DNA of 64,000 nt from an uncultured Verrucomicrobiota bacterium (GTDB taxonomy: Bacteria; Verrucomicrobiota; Verrucomicrobiia; Chthoniobacterales; JACTMZ01): NCBI GenBank assembly GCA_903953565.1, contig CAJBKE010000061.1:7604-71603 (forward strand), written 5' to 3'. The notes below the pieces were generated by a model. The model saw nothing but the letters and a program-made list of their open reading frames with translations. It was not told the origin of the DNA and did not search any database. Below, one piece after another: positions 50,646-59,668 of the stretch. The translations under genes and the position numbers were made by a program. Numbering within the stretch: the first letter of the stretch is position 1; every line of letters starts with the position of its first letter.

Positions 50646-52073
50646 TTACGGCGTATCGGGCCGAGGACGCCAGTCGCGCGAGACGACGAATTTCGGATCG
50701 GCGGCTTGGAGTTCGGCAAGAGTTTCAAAGCGACGTCCGTGGTCGTCGGTGTCCACGATCCATTTCTCAAGGACACCGCGGAGCCGCGCGAGCGCCTCCT
50801 TCACCTCGGGCTGGTCGGACTTGGCAAGGTTGTGCAACGCCCATGGATCGCTTTCCATGTCGTAGAGTTCCTCCTCAGGCATCGAGGGTTGAACGGCGAA
50901 TTCCTGCCCGGGAGTGAGTTTGCCCTCAGCGGCGAGCTTGGGCCAGAGCGTCCAAAGCGGATACTTTTGCGTCCTGTAGTTGTTGAACGCGAGGAACGGC
51001 ACCCAAGGAGTGAAGTTGCGGATGTAGCGCCAGCGCTGGTCGCGCACGCTGCGAATCCGCATCACAGTCATGTCGCAGCGGTCGCGATAGCCGAAGATGT
51101 AGTCGGGCTCCGGCTCGCAACGGTCGCCGAGGAAAATGCGGCCCTGCATCTCGGGCGGCTTGGCTCCCCCGGCGATGTCAATCATGGTCGGGGCGAGATC
51201 AATGCCGGCGATCAGGCGTGCGTCGCGCGTGCCGGGCTTGAAGTTGGCTGGCGCGGGAAAATTCTTCGGCCAGTAAATGATCAGCGGCACAAGAAAGCCC
51301 TCCTCGTAACAGAACTGCTTCCCGCGCGCATGCGCCTGGCCGTTGTCCCCGAAGAAAACGATGATGGTGTCATCGGCAAGACCGTCGGCCTTCAGCGCCT
51401 CAAGAATCGCGCCGACTTTCCGATCCAGTTCGGTCGCTGAATCCAGATAGTCGGCCCAATCCTTCCGCACGTCGGGGTGATCCGGATAGTAAGGCGGGAC
51501 TTCCACTTTGGCCGGGTCGGCTTTCTTTGGCCCGTGAAAAGGCCGGTGAGTCTCGCTGAAATTCACCTGCGCGTAAAACGGCTGATGGGATTTCAAATCC
51601 TCCCACTTGGAGGAGTCGAAGGGCTTGTCCGCTGAGAGAAAGTTCCAGTCCGTCTTGCCAGAGCCCTCGAAGCCGCACGAGGGCGGCATCTCGACCAGAT
51701 TCGCCGTGTAATAGCCCGCGTCACGCAACCATTCGGTGAGCGGACGCACGCCGTCCGGCAGCATCTTCTTGTCCTTGGTCCGATGGTTCTGCGCACCAAT
51801 GCTCGTGGCATGCATACCGGTCATGAACGACGAGCGGCTCACCGAGCACACCATGCCGTTGTAGAACCGCGTGTAGAGCACCCCCTCGCCCGCGAGGCGG
51901 TCGAGATTCGGCGTCCACACCTCCTTGGTGCCGAAGCAGCCCAAGTGCTGCCCGAAATCCTCGGCGATGAGCCAGAGGATGTTGGGACGCGACGGCTTTG
52001 TCCCGGCAGCGAGAAGATCAGACCCGCACATCGCGAGTAGCGACAAGGAGATGAGCGTGAAAATGCGTTTCAT
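50646..52073 (-). CDS. S1 sulfatase family protein with non-canonical active-site motif, secreted
   Basis: Signal MKRIFTLISLSLLAMCGS. NILWLIAEDFG. The motif reads CSVSRSSFMTG, with Val where Pro/Ala is expected. Confidence 0.8.
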   Translation of the reverse strand: MKRIFTLISLSLLAMCGSDLLAAGTKPSRPNILWLIAEDFGQHLGCFGTKEVWTPNLDRLAGEGVLYTRFYNGMVCSVSRSSFMTGMHATSIGAQNHRTKDKKMLPDGVRPLTEWLRDAGYYTANLVEMPPSCGFEGSGKTDWNFLSADKPFDSSKWEDLKSHQPFYAQVNFSETHRPFHGPKKADPAKVEVPPYYPDHPDVRKDWADYLDSATELDRKVGAILEALKADGLADDTIIVFFGDNGQAHARGKQFCYEEGFLVPLIIYWPKNFPAPANFKPGTRDARLIAGIDLAPTMIDIAGGAKPPEMQGRIFLGDRCEPEPDYIFGYRDRCDMTVMRIRSVRDQRWRYIRNFTPWVPFLAFNNYRTQKYPLWTLWPKLAAEGKLTPGQEFAVQPSMPEEELYDMESDPWALHNLAKSDQPEVKEALARLRGVLEKWIVDTDDHGRRFETLAELQAADPKFVVSRDWRPRPDTP

Positions 52074-52131
52074 TCCTGCTTCAGGTCATTGAAAGCTTCG
52101 GGTGGCTGCGGTTCGCCATGCAACCGGATCG

Positions 52132-53118
52132 TCAGTGTTTCGCATCGCCGTAGCCGTGGGGATGGGCCTGGTGCCATTGCCAAGCGCTGAGAATGATGTC
52201 TTTGAGATTGGGGAATTCGGGTTTCCAGCCGAGTTCGGCGCGGATCTTCTCGCTTGCCCCCACCAACACGGCGGGATCACCGGCGCGGCGCGGGGTGATC
52301 TTCACGGGAATCGGATGGCCGGTGATTTCACGGGCGGTCTCGATGACCTGCTTCACCGAGAACCCTTGGCCATTTCCAAGATTGTACGTGCGGCTGCCTT
52401 GCTCCAGCGCAGCGAGGGCAAGGATGTGGGCCTGTGCCAGGTCGCAGACATGGATATAATCCCGCACGCAGGTCCCATCGGGCGTGGGGTAGTCGTCGCC
52501 GAAGATGCTGATGTGCTCGCGCTGGCCGAGGGCAACCTGGAGCACCAGCGGAATGAGATGCAACTCGGGATTATGATCCTCTCCCCGTTCCTCGCTGGCG
52601 CCGGCGGCATTGAAATAACGCAGGCAGGCGGATTTCATCCCGTGCGTCTTCTCCAGCCAGTGCAGGGCGCGTTCCATGATGAACTTGCTCTCGCCATACG
52701 GACTGCCCGGGACGATGCGCTCGTCCTCCGCTATGGGCATGCGCTCGGGCTGGTCAAAGAGGTTGGCGGTGGAGGACAGGATGAATTTCTTCACCCCGTG
52801 GTCGCTCATGGCCTCCATGAGATTGAGACCATTGTTCGTGTTTTCCTGGAGATACTTGAAGGGTTTCTGCATGGACTCGCCCACGAGCGAGTAGGCGGCA
52901 AAGTGCATCACGGCCTCCGGCTTGTGTTCGGCGATGGCGGCGCTGATTTCCACTTTGACCGCCAAATCCCCCCGCACGAATACAGCCTTGGGATGCACGG
53001 CGGCGCGATGCCCCTGATAGAGATTGTCAAACACCACGACTTCATGTCCCTGCGCGATGAGGTTTTCCGTGGTGATGCTGCCGATGTATCCGGCTCCACC
53101 TGTAACGAGTACTTTCAT
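52132..53118 (-). CDS. galE: UDP-glucose 4-epimerase
   Basis: [14 protein letters not shown] and the YGESK catalytic motif. 328 aa. Confidence 0.95.
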   Translation of the reverse strand: MKVLVTGGAGYIGSITTENLIAQGHEVVVFDNLYQGHRAAVHPKAVFVRGDLAVKVEISAAIAEHKPEAVMHFAAYSLVGESMQKPFKYLQENTNNGLNLMEAMSDHGVKKFILSSTANLFDQPERMPIAEDERIVPGSPYGESKFIMERALHWLEKTHGMKSACLRYFNAAGASEERGEDHNPELHLIPLVLQVALGQREHISIFGDDYPTPDGTCVRDYIHVCDLAQAHILALAALEQGSRTYNLGNGQGFSVKQVIETAREITGHPIPVKITPRRAGDPAVLVGASEKIRAELGWKPEFPNLKDIILSAWQWHQAHPHGYGDAKH

Positions 53119-53239
53119 GAGAATTCTGATCGCAGGACTGGTTTCTTGGTTTTTTGGTGGAACGCGCGGTGAACCGGACTCCGGTGGTTTATGGAGAGGC
53201 AGTCACCCCCGGTGCGCGTCCATGCATCGCATCTGGCGA

Positions 53240-54676
53240 TTATTCTTTGCCGGGTTCGGGTTTCGCATTTTCCTCGTTCAACATTTCAGGAACGGATTTC
53301 ACCTTCTTTTTCTGGCCGGGCTTTTTGGTGCCCTTCTCGGATTGTTCCGGCGCGTCGTAATGCGGTGAAGGCGTGTGTTGAGCCACCATGATGTCCTCGA
53401 TTTTCTTGACGATGTCAGCGTGGGCAGCGGCAAGGTCGTGCTTTTCCGCGGGATCCGATTTGAGGTCGTAGAGTTCGAGCGGCGCTTTCGTGCCCAGACG
53501 GTATCCTTTCCAGTCACCCAGGCGCACCGATTGTTGGAAGTAAGGCTCGTAGATCTCGAAATAGAGCGAGTCGTGCAGCTTTGTTTGTTGCTCACCGAGC
53601 AACGTCGGCAGAATGGAGATGCCGTCCGTGCCGGAAGGCGCAGGTGCACCGATCGCATCGGCTGCCGTCGGCAGAAAATCCGCGAAAGTAGTCAGCAATT
53701 CGCTGGTCGTGCCCGGCTCAATCTTGCCCGGCCACCGGGCGATGAAGGGAGCGCGGATGCCGCCTTCGTAAAGCATCCGCTTGTGACCACGCAACCCGCC
53801 GGTGCTGCCGAGCGGTTCGATGCATTCATCGTTGGCGCCGTTATCCGAACTGAAGATGACAAGTGTGTTGTCATCGATGCCGAGGTCTTTCAATTTTTCC
53901 ATCAGCCGGCCGACGTCCTTGTCAATCAGGCTGACCATCGCGGCGTAATTCTTGATCTCGACCGGCCAGGGCTGGTTTGAGAACGGGGTGTTGTCCGGGA
54001 TGACCCATTCATCGTGCGGAGGTGTCCACGCGGCATAGCAGAAGAACGGGCGGTCCTTGTTGTCCTCGATGAACTTGAGCGTCTCGTCGGCAATGCGGGT
54101 GTGGGAATAGTCTTCCCAAGTGTGCTTGCCAGACTGCTGATAGGGCACGTCCACGCTGTTGCGAACCAAGTAGTCGGTGTAATAGTCGTGCGCGTGCTTC
54201 TGGTCGTAGTAACCGAAGAACACATCAAAGCCTTGCTTCTCCGCCACACCGGTTGTGCCGGGATTTCCCAGCCCCCATTTGCCGAAACCACCGGTCGCGT
54301 AGCCGGCATCGTGCAGCAAGCGGGCCACGGTCGGTTGATCAGCCGGAAGGGAGAGCAGGCCGACCTTACTTTGGTTTGAGCGGCGCAAAACGTGCCCCGT
54401 ATGCTGGCCGGTCATCAGGACGCAGCGCGACGGCGCACAGACGGCACTGCCGCTGTAGGCTTGGGAAAATTTCATTCCTTCTGCGGCCAGACGATCAATG
54501 TTGGGCGTGAGACCATACTTGCAACCATAGGTCGAGAAATCGCCGATCCCCGCGTCATCGACGAGGATAAACACAATGTTGGGTTTCTTGTCCGGCTGCG
54601 GCGACGATTCAGCCGCCGGGGATGCGACAGGAAGCAATCCGAGTATCGCCGCGAAAATGGATGCGTATTTTTTCAT
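53240..54676 (-). CDS. S1 sulfatase (Cys-type), secreted
   Basis: Signal MKKYASIFAAILGLLPVASPAAE. NIVFILVDDAG, CAPSRCVLMTG, and a Lys-rich C-terminal tail. Confidence 0.9.
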   Translation of the reverse strand: MKKYASIFAAILGLLPVASPAAESSPQPDKKPNIVFILVDDAGIGDFSTYGCKYGLTPNIDRLAAEGMKFSQAYSGSAVCAPSRCVLMTGQHTGHVLRRSNQSKVGLLSLPADQPTVARLLHDAGYATGGFGKWGLGNPGTTGVAEKQGFDVFFGYYDQKHAHDYYTDYLVRNSVDVPYQQSGKHTWEDYSHTRIADETLKFIEDNKDRPFFCYAAWTPPHDEWVIPDNTPFSNQPWPVEIKNYAAMVSLIDKDVGRLMEKLKDLGIDDNTLVIFSSDNGANDECIEPLGSTGGLRGHKRMLYEGGIRAPFIARWPGKIEPGTTSELLTTFADFLPTAADAIGAPAPSGTDGISILPTLLGEQQTKLHDSLYFEIYEPYFQQSVRLGDWKGYRLGTKAPLELYDLKSDPAEKHDLAAAHADIVKKIEDIMVAQHTPSPHYDAPEQSEKGTKKPGQKKKVKSVPEMLNEENAKPEPGKE

Positions 54677-54708
54677 GAGGAGAATTCCGTGTTCGTGCGC
54701 GATGACTC

Positions 54709-56271
54709 CTAGTCCTCTTGGTTCTTCTTGGTGCCGTCCATTGTCTCACCCCGCATGACCCGATCGTAAAAATTCCGCTTCTCGGCGAAGCCGTAAGGAT
54801 ACTCGTCGTACACGTGTCCGTTGCCCAGCATCCGGGGATCTTCCTGTTGCTTGAGTTCAGCAAAGAGCTGCTCCTGCAATGCGGAAAACGACACCGTTGC
54901 GGCCAGATTTGTCATGCAATCAGGATCCTTGCTCAGATCAAACAACTGGTCGGCTGGAAGCTTCCCGAACGACGCATCGAAGAAATGCTTGAGAGCGGGA
55001 TTCTTCTCGGTTTCGAGCACCACGGCCTTCGTCGGACTGTCATCCGTATCCTTGTAGCCTGTCTCCACCACTCCTCCGGGCCCGCGATCGGTTTCGAAGT
55101 TGTGCAGATAAAGCATCCCGTCCTTGACGATGCCGCGGACCGGGTAGCCCTCGTCATTGGGCCGTCCGACATCGTTGCGCTCCTTGGCGAGAAGGACGTG
55201 ATCGCGCTCCGGAATGATGCGCCCGGCCTTTTCCGATTGGAAGATTTCCGCAAGACTCCGCCCCGACATCGGAGCCATGCCGCTCTTGCCCTCCGCCACG
55301 CCGGCGACCTCGAGGAACGTGGGGGCAAAATCGATAAAGCTCACATAATCATCGACCACCCGGCCCGGCTTGGCGATGCCCTCCGGCCACATGATGGCCA
55401 ACGGCAGGTGGTTGGAGTTGTTGTAAGCGTAGCCCTTGCAGTGCGGAAAAGGCATGCCGTTGTCGGAGGTTACGACCACGATCGTGTTCCGGAGTTCGCC
55501 CCGCTTCTCCAACTCGGCCAGCATCCGCCCCAAGTGGAGATCGAAATTTTCCACCTCGAACGCGTAATCAAGCATGTCGTTTCGCACCTCCTCGGTGTCC
55601 GGCCAGCAAGCCGGCACGCGATCAATGTCGGAGGTCTTTCTCCCCCCTTTGGCCACACCCGAGCCATACTCATAGCCGCGATGCGGTTCACGGCCGCCAT
55701 ACCAGAAGGACCACGGCTGGTCTTTGGGGGCGGCGTCCAAAAAGTCGTTGAAATTCCCGGCGTAATCGAGCGGCGAAATGCCTTTGGTAATCTTGGAGGC
55801 GAATTTCTTGGCCTGGAACGGTGTTCCGGCCATTTCGCGGTCCTGTCCGGCAGCATTCTTGGCGATGCCAGGCCCCCAACCCTTGCCGGTCATTCCGACA
55901 AAGTAGCCCTGCTCGGCCAGTGCTTCCTGGTAGGACTTGAACTCCGGTGGAAAGATCGACCAATGGTTTCCGGCGGCCTTGAGTTGCCATGGGTTGCGCC
56001 CCGTGACGATGGACGCCCTGGAGGGTGAGCATTTCGCGTTAGGCGTGTAAGCCTGATTGAAGAGGAGGCCGTCGCGGGCCACGCGATCCATCGCAGGGGT
56101 CGCGATCCATTTGCAGCCATAGGCCCCGGCGTGCCCGAACGACCAATCGTCCGCCACGGCGAAAAGGATGTTTGGCTTGTTTGGCAGCTTGGTGGACTCG
56201 GCGCCGCAGAGCACGGGGCGGGAAGCCAGAAGCAGCGCGGCTGAAAACAGGATCGTAGGAATGCCCCTCAT
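54709..56271 (-). CDS. S1 sulfatase (Cys-type), secreted
   Basis: Signal [35 protein letters not shown] and [11 protein letters not shown]. Confidence 0.9.
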   Translation of the reverse strand: MRGIPTILFSAALLLASRPVLCGAESTKLPNKPNILFAVADDWSFGHAGAYGCKWIATPAMDRVARDGLLFNQAYTPNAKCSPSRASIVTGRNPWQLKAAGNHWSIFPPEFKSYQEALAEQGYFVGMTGKGWGPGIAKNAAGQDREMAGTPFQAKKFASKITKGISPLDYAGNFNDFLDAAPKDQPWSFWYGGREPHRGYEYGSGVAKGGRKTSDIDRVPACWPDTEEVRNDMLDYAFEVENFDLHLGRMLAELEKRGELRNTIVVVTSDNGMPFPHCKGYAYNNSNHLPLAIMWPEGIAKPGRVVDDYVSFIDFAPTFLEVAGVAEGKSGMAPMSGRSLAEIFQSEKAGRIIPERDHVLLAKERNDVGRPNDEGYPVRGIVKDGMLYLHNFETDRGPGGVVETGYKDTDDSPTKAVVLETEKNPALKHFFDASFGKLPADQLFDLSKDPDCMTNLAATVSFSALQEQLFAELKQQEDPRMLGNGHVYDEYPYGFAEKRNFYDRVMRGETMDGTKKNQED

Positions 56272-56339
56272 GCAGGTTAGTTCTTCAGGTGGCGGCGGTC
56301 TTGGACAGCGTCAAGTGGAGGCCAAGTTTTGGACAAAAC

Positions 56340-56372
56340 GGGGGAATTCACAGTTCGTAGGGGGCAATTCAC
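56340..56372 (-). promoter_or_regulatory. direct-repeat candidate regulator site upstream of the sulfatase gene at 54709-56271
   Basis: GGGGGAATTCAC (56340-56351) and GGGGGCAATTCAC (56360-56372) start 20 bp apart, 69-101 nt upstream of the sulfatase ATG. Confidence 0.3.
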
Positions 56373-56545
56373 CGCTGGGCCGCGGCTGGGAAGAGTTTCC
56401 GGGCGCTTACTATGTAAACGCCACAGGCAGAAACACCCCGTTAAAGATCAGCCAAAAGAGCAAAATGTGATGTTTTTTCCTACGGTTTCAGCGCCCCGGG
56501 TGCGGCGGAAGCAGCAGCCGGCCGGAGGTGCTTTTGACGACAAAT

Positions 56546-57739
56546 TCAAAATTCACCGCGGCGGAAGGCTTCCATTGTCTCCCACGCGGTGCGCTGCAGG
56601 AGCTGACGCTCGGATTCGGTGAATGTCTGCTTGAGCGGATTGCCATCCGGATCGCAGCCAGGTTTGTCGGGATCGGCAACCTTGGTCTCGACAACCTCGG
56701 TCAGCGCCAGTCCCTCCGGGCTCTTGTTGAGGACCGCCGCATAGAAGAGGCATGCGGTCAGGTATGCGCAATACTGGTTCGGATGACCGTCGTTCTTGTA
56801 GCGAAGCGCGAGCGAAGTGCCGGCCTTTTGCAGACGGTAGATCGCGAGCGGCACGGGAACAACGAGGGCGCCCGTCTTCTTCGCGAGATCCGCGGCAAGC
56901 CGCACCTCCATAAGGGCGCGGCCTTTCTCGATCGGCCCGGTCACCGGCGCCATGTTCTGCGAATAGGGCGCGGTGATGTAGAGTATTGGCCGCGTGTTCT
57001 GCTGCTTGGCGATTTCGATGAATTTCGACGCGTATTTCAAATAGCCGCTCTCCGGATCGGGATTCATATCCTGCCAGCTTTGCAGCACGACGTAATCCCA
57101 CGACGGCGGAAAGTCGTTCCGCTGGGCCAACCACGCACGATGATTCCTCAGCGCACTTTTCAGGACCACACTCCGGTCGCCTTTCCATTGTGACGAACCG
57201 CGCTTGGCGATGTTCGCACGGGCTCGTTTCGGCGCGACATCGGCGGCTTCGTACTCTTCCCACGGCTGGAGTGCGGAGAAATCGATCTTCCTCCAATACT
57301 CGGTGTAAAACGGCGGTTCGTCGGCTTTGGCCAGCGCCTCCATTTCGCTCATCGAAGTTTTCATGTCCGCATCGGAAAGGGTCTGCAGACGGAGCAAGTC
57401 CTGACTGCGGAACAATTCGAAATGCCGGAACAGATCGCGCCCGCCGTAGGTGATGCGCTCGGTGATGAAGTTCGTTTCCGGATTGCCCTCGGTGGCGAGC
57501 GTTTTGAAGATGTCTTTCAGTTCATGCCGGGCGGTAAAGCTGTTCCCGATAAACAAGAAGCTTTGCGACTCGGAGGCTGGCGCCCGCGTCTCCGCCTTCG
57601 CACCGAATGCGCACAGGATAGCGGCCAATCCGAGAATGACCGGAGGGCAACTGTTCGATTTCCTGATCGGTAAGGCACTTTTTCGACCGCCCACCAGCAC
57701 CGGCAACGGCGCAACCAGAACCGCAGATGTTACCGGCAT
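56546..57739 (-). CDS. SGNH/GDSL-type hydrolase (carbohydrate esterase-like), secreted
   Basis: The ATG at 57739 lies 1 nt after the upstream stop (TGA-a-ATG). Block I FLFIGNSFT and block V NDGHPN. Hydrophobic signal region VILGLAAILCAFGAKA. Confidence 0.65.
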   Translation of the reverse strand: MPVTSAVLVAPLPVLVGGRKSALPIRKSNSCPPVILGLAAILCAFGAKAETRAPASESQSFLFIGNSFTARHELKDIFKTLATEGNPETNFITERITYGGRDLFRHFELFRSQDLLRLQTLSDADMKTSMSEMEALAKADEPPFYTEYWRKIDFSALQPWEEYEAADVAPKRARANIAKRGSSQWKGDRSVVLKSALRNHRAWLAQRNDFPPSWDYVVLQSWQDMNPDPESGYLKYASKFIEIAKQQNTRPILYITAPYSQNMAPVTGPIEKGRALMEVRLAADLAKKTGALVVPVPLAIYRLQKAGTSLALRYKNDGHPNQYCAYLTACLFYAAVLNKSPEGLALTEVVETKVADPDKPGCDPDGNPLKQTFTESERQLLQRTAWETMEAFRRGEF

Positions 57740-57740
57740 T

Positions 57741-59534
57741 TCATTTGGTGACTTCGATGAGGTGGAAGACGTCTTCTTCATCGTCCTCATTGACCAAGGA
57801 GAAATCGCTGTTCCGGGGGCCTTTATTGGCAAACGCCGCATCTGCGATGGTGATGCTCCTTTCGACCCATCTTCCGCTGTTGGTCTTGGTAATGTTTATC
57901 GCGGTTTTGTCCGGATCGTCCGAGGCATCATAACGAACGGAAAAATTTCCGCTTCCTTGATCCAAGTAAATGAGTTTTAGAGTGATTGGATCTTTGGCTC
58001 CTGCAGGAAGAAATTCATCATCGAGATCAAAATACATCCTGTTTCGCCCGCTTGAATTTTCAAAGGCCCGCGCATAACGGCCGTAAGGCTGATCTGCGGG
58101 TCCGACCCGCCACAATCCGACACTGGTTTGATTCGCATCAATCTGGGTAATGAACCGGCTGAAGTTTCTGGCGATCAGCCCGAAGCCGACATCGTTCATC
58201 GCCTTCGCCTCTAAGAGATAGCTGGCTCCCGTAAGGGAAGTGGCTGCATCCAGATCACCGACTTTCGCTCCGTATTTGCTGAATTCTGACTCGATTTTTT
58301 TCATCCGGTCCGCGTTGCTCTGCACGGCCTTCCCATATTGCTCCTCGGGGAAACGGAGGGTATCCGCGCTGTCGAGAACATCGCGCAGGGCGATGAAAGC
58401 CTGCGGGCTGGTCTGGGGCTGCTTGTAATAGGAATAGCGATTGGCGAAGGCGAAGCCCTCATCGTATTTGCCCGTTTGGACAGTGCGGTAATCCACTTCC
58501 CAGAGATCAAGCCCCCGATCCACCGTGGAAATAGCCGTCCAATAATAGTTCCAGATCGGATTTTCCCTGAAGCTTCCTCCCTCCCCGAATTTGGAAAACT
58601 CGCCGCGCACAAATTCCGGCTGCTTGCCGTTCAGTCCGTAAAAAGTGGGGCGCAGTTCGTTGTCCTGCTCGATCTCACCATTGGCCTGATAACCGACTGC
58701 GATCGTAAATTGCTGCTTGCGGAGTTCGATCGGGTAATTCTGGCGAAGCCAGTTGGCGAATAGTTGTTCGCCCGCTCTTGCTCCCCTGCCCTTCACCTCT
58801 CCCCGCTCGCTCTGATCGGCGACGTTGAAAAGGAATTTGATGTGCTCGAGTTCCGGCTTATCGAAGGCATCGTAGAACCGTTTCGTCGCTCCGCGGCAGA
58901 ACTCGAGATACTCCTCCGCGCTGATGTTGTATCTCGGGTCTTTCGGCGAGCCCTTGTAGAGCTGGCGGTCGCCTGTCGAGCCGAAGGCCGGCTGAATGAA
59001 AGCAAAAGCTTTCCGATCCGCTTCGGGAAGCGAGGCAATGTGATCCGCCAGTTTGCCGATAAAACGATGGAAGTATTTGATGTAGTTGGGATCGAGGTAA
59101 TAGGGAAAATAATCTTTGCCCTTGCCTCCACTCACCGCCACTTTCGGCACTCCTTGCTCATAAATCCATTCCGGCGCGTGCGGGCCGGTCCATAGGACGA
59201 AATAGTAGTAATAGTTCCCCTCGACCGCATTACGGATGTGCGAATCGAGCGACGACCAGTCATAGACACCTGGCTTGGGCTCAAGATCCGCCCACTTGAT
59301 TCGATCGGCCTGTCCTTTGACGAAAGGAAACCTCGCGGTATCGATCATTTCATCTTTGGAATTGGCGAAGAACCCCGCCCACGGCGGGCGTGCAGAAAGG
59401 GTTTTTTCAGTAGGAGCGTTGTCTGACCCTGGGGGATTTGATTTTTCCACCTCGATCTGAGCTTCTGCACGGAGCGCAGCTGGCGATGCCAGCAACAGCG
59501 CGACGAGGGCGATCAATTTTTGCGGCGTTTTCAT
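57741..59534 (-). CDS. putative glycoside hydrolase (clan GH-A TIM-barrel, GH42-like N-terminus), secreted
   Basis: Signal MKTPQKLIALVALLLASPAALRA. IKWADLEPKPGVYDWSSLD is the motif typical of GH42/GH35-type beta-galactosidase-like barrels. There is a C-terminal beta-sandwich-like region. The family was not verified. Confidence 0.45.
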   Translation of the reverse strand: MKTPQKLIALVALLLASPAALRAEAQIEVEKSNPPGSDNAPTEKTLSARPPWAGFFANSKDEMIDTARFPFVKGQADRIKWADLEPKPGVYDWSSLDSHIRNAVEGNYYYYFVLWTGPHAPEWIYEQGVPKVAVSGGKGKDYFPYYLDPNYIKYFHRFIGKLADHIASLPEADRKAFAFIQPAFGSTGDRQLYKGSPKDPRYNISAEEYLEFCRGATKRFYDAFDKPELEHIKFLFNVADQSERGEVKGRGARAGEQLFANWLRQNYPIELRKQQFTIAVGYQANGEIEQDNELRPTFYGLNGKQPEFVRGEFSKFGEGGSFRENPIWNYYWTAISTVDRGLDLWEVDYRTVQTGKYDEGFAFANRYSYYKQPQTSPQAFIALRDVLDSADTLRFPEEQYGKAVQSNADRMKKIESEFSKYGAKVGDLDAATSLTGASYLLEAKAMNDVGFGLIARNFSRFITQIDANQTSVGLWRVGPADQPYGRYARAFENSSGRNRMYFDLDDEFLPAGAKDPITLKLIYLDQGSGNFSVRYDASDDPDKTAINITKTNSGRWVERSITIADAAFANKGPRNSDFSLVNEDDEEDVFHLIEVTK

Positions 59535-59668
59535 TTCCTAGTTAATTTTCATGACGCGGCTCATGCTTTTTTTCATCGGCACCGTGAGCATCCATCCTCT
59601 GGGCTTTTGGCGACCTTCATCGTGGTGCTGGCAACAATCTCGGATATTGACGATGCATCTTTATCGAC

